Source of the DNA: an uncultured Alphaproteobacteria bacterium
GTDB lineage: Bacteria > Pseudomonadota > Alphaproteobacteria > RF32 > CAG-239
NCBI GenBank assembly: GCA_944393715.1
Contig: CALYBB010000001.1
Location: forward strand, 9,609-73,608
Length of the DNA: 64,000 nucleotides
Reading direction: 5' to 3'
Shown here: piece by piece, positions 44,237 to 51,472 of the stretch
Layout: every line of letters starts with the position of its first letter
How positions within the stretch are numbered: position 1 is the stretch's first letter
Notes under the pieces: model-generated
The model's input: only the letters and a program-made list of their open reading frames with translations
What the model was told of the DNA's origin: nothing
The model's database searches: none
Translations under genes and position numbers: made by a program

Positions 44237-45436
44237 TTACCGCTTCTTCCCCCAAAAAGATTTTCCTTCCAACAGCTCCAACCCCAAAATTTCAGCCGCC
44301 GTCTGCCCAATATCGGCATAAGTTTTCCTCTTGCCCACGTTTTCAGGTTCAACTCCGGAACCAAACATCAACACCGGTATCTGTTCGCGGGTATGATCAC
44401 TTCCGGACATTGTTGGGTCATTGCCATGATCCGCCGTAATAAAAGCCACATCATCATGCCGCATCTCCGCCGCAAACTCTGGCAGTCGGCTGTCAAAATA
44501 TTCCAACGCCCGCGCATAACCTTCCGTATCGCGCCGATGCCCATAAAGCATGTCAAAATCCACAAAATTGGTAAAGATAAGGCTCCCATCCGGCATTAAC
44601 CTCATAGCCTCAAGTGTTTTATTCCACAGTTCTTCCAATCCTGAAGCCAAAATTTTATCCGTTACACCGCAACCGGCATAAATATCGCTAATTTTACCAA
44701 TAGCCGCAACTTTTCTGCCTGCTGCCTTCGCGATATCCAACAAAGTCGGCCGCGGCGGCTTAACCGAATAATCATGACGATTTTTGGTACGAAAAAATTC
44801 CCCTGCTTTTTCACCCTCAAACGGCCGTGCAATAACCCGTCCGATATGATAAGGTTTAACCGCTTCAAACGCGGCTTCGCAGAGCAGATATAAGCGCTCA
44901 AGCCCAAAATACCTTTCATGTGCCGCAATTTGGAAACAACTATCGGCAGAAGTATAACAAATAGGCTTGCCACTCAAGATATGTTCCTCGCCCAATTCCT
45001 GAATAATAACCGTTCCGGAAGCCGCTTTGTTGCCCAAAATACCGGATACTCCAGATTTTTGACATATCTCATCGACCAACGCCGGCGGAAAAGAAGGATA
45101 ATCCGGCTTAAAATACCCCCAAGGCTCTGTCACAGTAACACCGGCTAATTCCCAATGTCCGGACGTTGTGTCCTTTGCAATACTCGCCTCCGCACAATGA
45201 CCATATTTAGCCGGCATATCAATCGCGCTGCCTTCATCACTAAGTTCTCGATGGCAGCCGCTAGCAGCATTAGCCGCTTTAACCAAACCCAACCGCACCA
45301 GATTGGGAATATGCAATCCGGAAAACTTGTCTGCAATATGCCCAAACGTGTCGGCGCCGGCATCACCAAACCTGTCAGCATCCGGTGCACCGCCGATGCC
45401 AAAAGAATCCATCATCAAAATAATCACCCGCGCCAT
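44237..45436 (-). CDS. deoB: Phosphopentomutase
   Basis: MARVIILMMDSFGIGG and TADHGNDPT are metal-site motifs. Trimmed from GTG 45448 to ATG 45436, which has a GAGG RBS. Confidence 0.94.
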   Translation of the reverse strand: MARVIILMMDSFGIGGAPDADRFGDAGADTFGHIADKFSGLHIPNLVRLGLVKAANAASGCHRELSDEGSAIDMPAKYGHCAEASIAKDTTSGHWELAGVTVTEPWGYFKPDYPSFPPALVDEICQKSGVSGILGNKAASGTVIIQELGEEHILSGKPICYTSADSCFQIAAHERYFGLERLYLLCEAAFEAVKPYHIGRVIARPFEGEKAGEFFRTKNRHDYSVKPPRPTLLDIAKAAGRKVAAIGKISDIYAGCGVTDKILASGLEELWNKTLEAMRLMPDGSLIFTNFVDFDMLYGHRRDTEGYARALEYFDSRLPEFAAEMRHDDVAFITADHGNDPTMSGSDHTREQIPVLMFGSGVEPENVGKRKTYADIGQTAAEILGLELLEGKSFWGKKR

Positions 45437-45448
45437 AAAAAACCTCAC

Positions 45449-46873
45449 CTACGACACATAAACCGTGTGCAGCATATTTGTTCGACCCTTAACATTTAGC
45501 GGAAAACCGGCCGTAATGATAATATGATCACCGGATTTTGCCAACCCGAGTTCCTTAACATATTTAACGGCGCAATCTTCCACATGATTAAATTTTTTGA
45601 AACTTTCTTTGTTAACACAAGGCTTAACCCCCCAAACCAAAACCATCTGCCGCGCAACTCTAATATCCGGAGACAACGCCAAAATCGGCAACGACGGACG
45701 TTCTCTTGCCGTTAAAAAAGTCGTAAATCCCGAAGAAGAATAGCTCACAATGGCACGCACGTTTTTTAACACGCCGGCCAATTCCGAAGCCGCAAAAGTA
45801 ATAGCATCAGCCTCCGTCGCCTCACAGGGAATATTGCGCGATTTACTCATCAAATCAAAAAACAATGGATCTTCCTCCACTTGTTTAACAATGCTATGCA
45901 TCATCTTAACCGCGGCAACCGGATATTTTCCGGCAGCCGTCTCCGCTGACAACATCACCGTGTCGGCGCCGTCATAAACTGCCGTGGCCACATCGGAAAC
46001 TTCGGCTCTTGTCGGCGTCGGATTAGAGATCATTGATTCTAACATCTGTGTGGCAATAATCACCGGCCGCGCATACAACCGGCATAATTTGACAATTTTC
46101 TTCTGCAAAACGGGAACCACTTGTATTGGACATTCAACACCCAAATCTCCTCTGGCGACCATAATTCCGTCCGATTCTTTAATAATATTTTCTAAATCTG
46201 CAATGGCGCTTGGTTTTTCAAGTTTGGAAATAACTCTTGCTCGACCGTCGACCAATTTTTTCAATTCCCTGACATCATCGGCTTTTTGCACAAAAGAAAG
46301 CCCTATCCAATCCACATCATTTTGCAAAGCAAATTTCAAATCTTCTTTATCTTTTTTGGTAATTGCCGAAATATTAAGCTTTGTGTTAGGCAGATTAACA
46401 CCCTTGTGGCTGGAAATACGGCCTCCAACCTTAACCGTCGTTTCAGCAAAGGTTTTAGAACATTTTTCAACCCTCAAAACAATATAGCCGTCATTAACTA
46501 ATAATTCCTCCCCCTGCTTCAAGGCTTCAAAAATTTCCTTATGCGGCAAACAAACTCGGGTTTCATCCCCCGGACGACTATCCATATCCAGCCGGAATTT
46601 CTGTCCTTCTTGCAACAAAACTTCATTATCCTTAAAATCGCCTACCCGAAGCTTGGGACCTTGCAAATCGGCCAAAATAGAAATTAACCGTCCCTTTTCT
46701 TTTTCCAATCGACGAATAATCTTAATACGCGCCTTATGCTCCTGATACGTTCCGTGGCTAAAATTTATACGGAAAGCATCACATCCGGCATCTATCAATT
46801 TGGCAATTTGCTCTTTGGAGGCCGAAGCGGGGCCGATCGTTGCTAAAATTTTAGTATGTGTATCAACTGGCAT
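45449..46873 (-). CDS. pyk: Pyruvate kinase
   Basis: Trimmed to MPVDTHTKILATIGPAS (ATG at 46873). MVARGDLGVE motif. 474 aa. Confidence 0.95.
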   Translation of the reverse strand: MPVDTHTKILATIGPASASKEQIAKLIDAGCDAFRINFSHGTYQEHKARIKIIRRLEKEKGRLISILADLQGPKLRVGDFKDNEVLLQEGQKFRLDMDSRPGDETRVCLPHKEIFEALKQGEELLVNDGYIVLRVEKCSKTFAETTVKVGGRISSHKGVNLPNTKLNISAITKKDKEDLKFALQNDVDWIGLSFVQKADDVRELKKLVDGRARVISKLEKPSAIADLENIIKESDGIMVARGDLGVECPIQVVPVLQKKIVKLCRLYARPVIIATQMLESMISNPTPTRAEVSDVATAVYDGADTVMLSAETAAGKYPVAAVKMMHSIVKQVEEDPLFFDLMSKSRNIPCEATEADAITFAASELAGVLKNVRAIVSYSSSGFTTFLTARERPSLPILALSPDIRVARQMVLVWGVKPCVNKESFKKFNHVEDCAVKYVKELGLAKSGDHIIITAGFPLNVKGRTNMLHTVYVS

Positions 46874-46947
46874 TTTATCCCTCTCATTGCAAAAAAACTT
46901 TACCCGCAATATATCCAAAAGAAGTTAATAAGGCGTTATTTTTATAC

Positions 46948-46984
46948 TTGTAAATAATAATTTAATTTGCTAATTTCTAGCAAA
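46948..46984 (+). promoter_or_regulatory. Candidate gapR promoter with overlapping inverted repeat
   Basis: TTGTAA (46948-53), 17-nt spacer, TAATTT (46971-76). The inverted repeat TTTGCTA-N5-TAGCAAA (46966-84) overlaps the -10. Confidence 0.3.
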
Positions 46985-47011
46985 ATGCCAATTTACAGCA
47001 AGGAGAAAACA

Positions 47012-47266
47012 ATGAGCGAAGAAAATAAAGAAGTCGGAGGAATTGCGGCCGACCGCTTGCGGTCGCTTGTCGAGCGCATTGAACGTCTTGAAGAAGAGAA
47101 AAAAGCACTTTCGTCAGATATTCGCGATATTTTCGCCGAAGCCAAATCTGCCGGATTCGACGTTAAAATTATGCGAGCCGTCATCAAACTGCGCAAAATG
47201 AACGCGGCCGACCGCGACGAACAGGAGCTTCTGCTTGAAACATACCGCAAAGCGCTGGATATTTAA
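47012..47266 (+). CDS. gapR: DUF2312 / GapR-like nucleoid-associated protein
   Basis: 84 aa from the ATG at 47012, which has an AAGGAG RBS. LRSLVERIERLEEEKKALSSDIRDIFAEAKSAGFDVKIMRAVIKLRK matches the alphaproteobacterial UPF0335/GapR family. Confidence 0.88.
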   Translation: MSEENKEVGGIAADRLRSLVERIERLEEEKKALSSDIRDIFAEAKSAGFDVKIMRAVIKLRKMNAADRDEQELLLETYRKALDI

Positions 47267-47284
47267 TAATTTTACTCTCAAACT

Positions 47285-47314
47285 AAAGAACCGCCGGTCA
47301 ACCGGCGGCTCTTT
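47285..47314. terminator. Bidirectional terminator between gapR and grpE
   Basis: 13-bp stem AAAGAACCGCCGG/CCGGCGGCTCTTT (one mismatch) with loop TCAA. T-rich flanks on both sides. Confidence 0.7.
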
Positions 47315-47334
47315 GTTTATAAGTTTTTTATTCT

Positions 47335-47925
47335 TCATGCTTTGGTAACCACCACCATGGCTTCCCTCAAAATCCGGTCGTGAATCATATAACCGGCCTG
47401 CACTTCGGCCACAATCGTCCCTGCCGGTTTGCTTCCATCTTCAACTTCCTGAATAACCTGATGAAAATTAGGATCAAAAACCTCTCCGATAATATCCATT
47501 TTATGAATATCAAATTTATCAAACACTTTCGTTAGCTCATTTTGAGTCAGTTCCACTCCCTTAACCAAACTCTCACAAGTTCCTTGAGCGTCTTCTCTGC
47601 CGGCAGCATCAAGCGCACGCTGCAAATTATCTGCCACGCTCAAAAGACTTTTGGCAAACGAAGCTATGGCATATTTATTATTTTTTTCAATTTCCTGCTG
47701 ACAGCGTTTTTTGGTATTTTCAACTTCAGCAAAAGCTCTCAAATAATCCTCTCTCAGCTTTTGATTCTGTTCTGCCAATTCCTCAAACGCTTCATCCTTT
47801 TTCTCAACATTTTCGGTTTGTTCCTGAGCACCTTCTTCACCGACATCTTCTTCCGGCGCGGTTCCTTCGGATATTTCGGCCTCTTTTGTCTTTTCTTCAC
47901 GATTCTTTTTGCTTTTGGTCATCAT
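47335..47925 (-). CDS. grpE: Nucleotide exchange factor GrpE
   Basis: Trimmed to MMTKSKKN (ATG at 47925). It has an acidic N-terminus, then the GrpE core LREDYLRAFAEVENTKKR ... GYMIHDRILREAMVVV. Confidence 0.92.
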   Translation of the reverse strand: MMTKSKKNREEKTKEAEISEGTAPEEDVGEEGAQEQTENVEKKDEAFEELAEQNQKLREDYLRAFAEVENTKKRCQQEIEKNNKYAIASFAKSLLSVADNLQRALDAAGREDAQGTCESLVKGVELTQNELTKVFDKFDIHKMDIIGEVFDPNFHQVIQEVEDGSKPAGTIVAEVQAGYMIHDRILREAMVVVTKA

Positions 47926-47993
47926 TTTTCTCTTTAAATCATTACAAAAAACGTTTATACATTCGTATATATATTCAAATTTAGTGACTAACG

Positions 47994-48007
47994 CTTGACA
48001 AGTCAAG
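47994..48007. repeat. Perfect palindrome CTTGAC-AA-GTCAAG in the grpE / GT5-synthase divergent region
   Basis: Read directly from the sequence. On the minus strand it overlaps a TTGACT-N17-TAAATT promoter-like element facing grpE. Confidence 0.55.
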
Positions 48008-48065
48008 AGTGATGAATATTAATAAAACATATTAATCATTATTTTGAGTTTGGAAAGAATATCTC

Positions 48066-50096
48066 ATGCCCAAAGCAAAAATAAATTCCGACATTTTGCA
48101 GAGCACCACTCTTTTACCTTCAAAATTTAACAAGAAAAAATTTATCGTTACTTATACCATCCCTACAAATCCTTATGCTTTAGAGGTTCAAAATCTAAGC
48201 AAATCCCAATGTTTTGGCCGGATTCCTTGGCCGGAAAATCTAAAAGTAGACGGCTGGATGCTTTCGGCAGAAACCGCAACTTTTATGAAAGCTGGCGGCC
48301 TCGGAATGATTGCTTCCGAACTCCCAGAAGCTTTTAACCGCCGTTTCAACGCCAATAACGAGAAGCTTGCCGTCGTTACCCCTCTTTATCTGGGAGACAC
48401 CGGCAAAAAAAAAGCTGTGCTTGAAAACGAAATTTATCAGGGAGCTGAACACCAAAATATCAAACTGCAAAAGCTCCGGAAAATTATTGTCCCTTTCATG
48501 AATATAAAAGAAAAATTCATTAATTATAGCGTTGAAGTTTATACCGGCATCTGCGGCAATACCCGCTATATTTTTTTAAGTTGCGACCATTTCTTCTCCA
48601 TTGCCCCCCACAAAGACAATCCTCCGGCACAAGATGGCTGTTATATCATGAACAAAAACGGCGTTGACGAAGTTGAGCGTTTTGCCTTCTTTTCCAAAGC
48701 TGTTTACGAACTGATAAAAGTTTTACTCAAAGAAAGCGCAGCCCCAAACATTATTCTGGCTAATGACTGGCACTCCGGTGCTTTATCCGGCCTAATGAAA
48801 TACTTGCCGGTCGCTCTGCTTGACAAAGGTCTGATGAGCGAAGAGGAAGCCGACCGCATCAGAGCCATCCCAATCATCCATATTGCTCACCATCTCGGCT
48901 ACCAGGGCTGGGACTACAACAATACGGCGCGAATTCTCAATTCTCTTTACGGTGAACAAACGGCCTTTGTTTTCAAAAATGCCAAAGCCATCAAAAATTC
49001 CAACACTCGCACGACTAACACCCTGATTGTCCATGACTGCTACAATCAGGCTTCCTGTAATTTTCATTTGGCCGACAGAGTAGTTACCGTCTCCAAAAAC
49101 TATCTTGAAGAAGTTTCTAAAGAACTTGGATTCGGACATGATTTCCGCGATATTTTAAAAATTCGCAAGGATCACCGCACTTTTTTTGGTATTGTCAATG
49201 GTTATGACAAAGATCTTATATCTCCAAACGCAAACAAAATCAAAACGATCAATGATTTCTTCGGCAAAGATTTTTCTTTCAAAGTTTTTGACGAAAATTC
49301 TCTTGAAAACAAAATGCATAACAAAGCCGAATTCATCCGCCTCATATCCAAAATTGCCAATGACCCGAATTACAAAAATCAAGTTATTCCCCTTATTGAA
49401 ACGTACAAATTCAATGATCTAAACCGCGATATCAAAGACATCCGCAAAGTTCCGATCGTCTGTGCCACCTCGCGTTTGGTCGAGCAAAAGGGTTATGACA
49501 TCGCCGCACAATCTATTATTGAATGGATAAAAAAATACAATCAGAGCAATCTTGAAATGCCAATATTTGTTCTGGGCGGCGCCGGCGATACTGACCTTTT
49601 TGAAATGTTGACAAAACTTAAAGACAGCACGGCCAAAATCAATAAAAACGCGGCACGGCGGATTTTTGTTTTTCGCGGCTATAAAGATCAGTTTGCCTAT
49701 GCAATCCAGCTTTCATCCGATTTTTATCTAATGCCGAGCCGCTTTGAACCCTGTGGTTTGACCCAAATGGAAGCCATGGCCAAAGGAGCACTTCCAGTAG
49801 CCATGTCTACCGGCGGTTTGGTTGACACGATTGATAACAAAATTGATGGTTTCCGCACTGACGTCTTTTTCAGCAACGGCCGCCATGTTTACGGCAGCAA
49901 CGCCATGGCAAGACACTTAAAAAACAACGAAAACGCCTATACCAAAACACTAGAAGATGCACTGCTGACTTTCTACGATATGCCGAACTTTCTGGCCGCC
50001 ATGCAAAAACGCGCCATGCAAAAGAATTTTAGCTGGGATGTTGCCGGTGGCTCGTTAGAAAAATATGATTCTCTGCTTCACACGGGGCACTTATAA
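48066..50096 (+). CDS. Glycogen/starch synthase-like glycosyltransferase (GT5), atypically long
   Basis: 676 aa. GT5 landmarks: FMKAGGLGMIASELPEAF (KxGGL), ANDWHSG, GIVNGYD, SRLVEQKGYD and PSRFEPCGLTQMEAMAKGALPVAMSTGGLVDTI. It is about 200 aa longer than the classical GlgA I recall (~477 aa). Confidence 0.85.
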   Translation: MPKAKINSDILQSTTLLPSKFNKKKFIVTYTIPTNPYALEVQNLSKSQCFGRIPWPENLKVDGWMLSAETATFMKAGGLGMIASELPEAFNRRFNANNEKLAVVTPLYLGDTGKKKAVLENEIYQGAEHQNIKLQKLRKIIVPFMNIKEKFINYSVEVYTGICGNTRYIFLSCDHFFSIAPHKDNPPAQDGCYIMNKNGVDEVERFAFFSKAVYELIKVLLKESAAPNIILANDWHSGALSGLMKYLPVALLDKGLMSEEEADRIRAIPIIHIAHHLGYQGWDYNNTARILNSLYGEQTAFVFKNAKAIKNSNTRTTNTLIVHDCYNQASCNFHLADRVVTVSKNYLEEVSKELGFGHDFRDILKIRKDHRTFFGIVNGYDKDLISPNANKIKTINDFFGKDFSFKVFDENSLENKMHNKAEFIRLISKIANDPNYKNQVIPLIETYKFNDLNRDIKDIRKVPIVCATSRLVEQKGYDIAAQSIIEWIKKYNQSNLEMPIFVLGGAGDTDLFEMLTKLKDSTAKINKNAARRIFVFRGYKDQFAYAIQLSSDFYLMPSRFEPCGLTQMEAMAKGALPVAMSTGGLVDTIDNKIDGFRTDVFFSNGRHVYGSNAMARHLKNNENAYTKTLEDALLTFYDMPNFLAAMQKRAMQKNFSWDVAGGSLEKYDSLLHTGHL

Positions 50097-50180
50097 AAAT
50101 CCGGAAATTTTATATTGCGATTCCTTTTATAATTCTTTAATATCTTAACAACTGTTTTACTAACTCTCAAAGGAAATGCT

Positions 50181-50891
50181 ATGCGTGCATCCAATCGCTC
50201 TGACGACCAGCTCCGCAATATTGAATTTATCGTCGGAATCAACCCTTATGCCGAAGGTTCGTGTCTGGTAAAATACGGCGGCACCCATGTCTTGTGCACC
50301 GCTACGGTTGAAGACAAAGTCCCCTCATGGCTCAAAGGTCAGGAAAAAGGGTGGATAACCGCCGAATATGCCATGTTGCCGCGGGCAGCTCAAACCCGCA
50401 TACCGCGAGAAAACAAAAAACCGTCTGGGCGCAGCCAAGAAATCCAACGGTTGATTGGCCGTTCGCTGCGCGCCGTGGTTGACCTCAAAAAAATGCCTGA
50501 AATATCTATTTTAATCGATTGTGATGTCCTGCAAGCCGATGGCGGAACCCGCGTTGCTTCTGTTTCCGGCGGTTTTGTTGCTTTGTATCAGGCCGTTCAG
50601 CAATTGCTGGCCGAAAGAAAAATTACCCAGAACCCCATTCGAGAATTTGTTGCCGCCGTATCCTGCGACATCTGCAACGGACAACCGATTTTGGATGTTG
50701 ATTACCTAGAAGACTCTACTTCTCAGGTTGATATGAATTTTGTCATCACTGAAAGCGGAAAAATTGTCGAGATTCAAGGAACTGCCGAAGGCGAACCTTT
50801 TACCGAACAACAGTTTGCTCAACTGCTCGAACTCGGCAAACAGGGTATCAAAATCATCATTACCAAACAAAAGGAAGTCTTGCAATGTTAA
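50181..50891 (+). CDS. rph: Ribonuclease PH
   Basis: 236 aa; MRASNRSDDQLRNIEF...GSCLVKYGGTHVLC, then DCDVLQADGGTR. Confidence 0.95.
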   Translation: MRASNRSDDQLRNIEFIVGINPYAEGSCLVKYGGTHVLCTATVEDKVPSWLKGQEKGWITAEYAMLPRAAQTRIPRENKKPSGRSQEIQRLIGRSLRAVVDLKKMPEISILIDCDVLQADGGTRVASVSGGFVALYQAVQQLLAERKITQNPIREFVAAVSCDICNGQPILDVDYLEDSTSQVDMNFVITESGKIVEIQGTAEGEPFTEQQFAQLLELGKQGIKIIITKQKEVLQC

Positions 50892-51472
50892 AAGAACTTG
50901 TCATTGCCTCGCACAACCAAGGAAAAATTGCTGAATTCAAACAAATGCTTGCCCCTTTCGGCGTTAAGGTTTATGCCGCTGACGAACTTAACTTGCCGGA
51001 TGTTGAAGAAACCGGAACGACTTTTGCCGAAAACGCCGCGCTTAAAGCCGAAACTCTGGCCAAAATATCAAACAAACCTTGCCTTGCCGACGATTCGGGA
51101 CTCTGTGTCGATGCTCTAAACGGCCGGCCTGGCGTTTATTCTGCACGTTATGCACCCGACCGCAACTTTGATAAAGCCATGACAATGCTGATCAATGAAC
51201 TCAGAGCCTCAGAGAATCCAGATTGGTCAGCACATTTTTCTTGTGTACTGGCACTGGCAAGACCAAACACGCAAACCGTTTTTTATGAAGGTCGGGTCAA
51301 CGGCAAAATTACCGCCGAACGTCGTGGCAGCGGAGGCTTTGGATTTGATCCCATTTTCATGCCGGATGGTTTTGGCCACACCTTTGCCGAAATGACCCCA
51401 AGTGAAAAAGCAAAAATTTCCCATCGCGGACAAGCTGTTTCCGCTTTTCTGCAAAAGGAATTTCATGTCTGA
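50885..51472 (+). CDS. rdgB: dITP/XTP pyrophosphatase (RdgB/Ham1)
   Basis: 195 aa; ASHNQGKIAEF, DDSGLCVDALNGRPGVYSARY and GFGFDPIF. Confidence 0.94.
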   Translation: MLKELVIASHNQGKIAEFKQMLAPFGVKVYAADELNLPDVEETGTTFAENAALKAETLAKISNKPCLADDSGLCVDALNGRPGVYSARYAPDRNFDKAMTMLINELRASENPDWSAHFSCVLALARPNTQTVFYEGRVNGKITAERRGSGGFGFDPIFMPDGFGHTFAEMTPSEKAKISHRGQAVSAFLQKEFHV

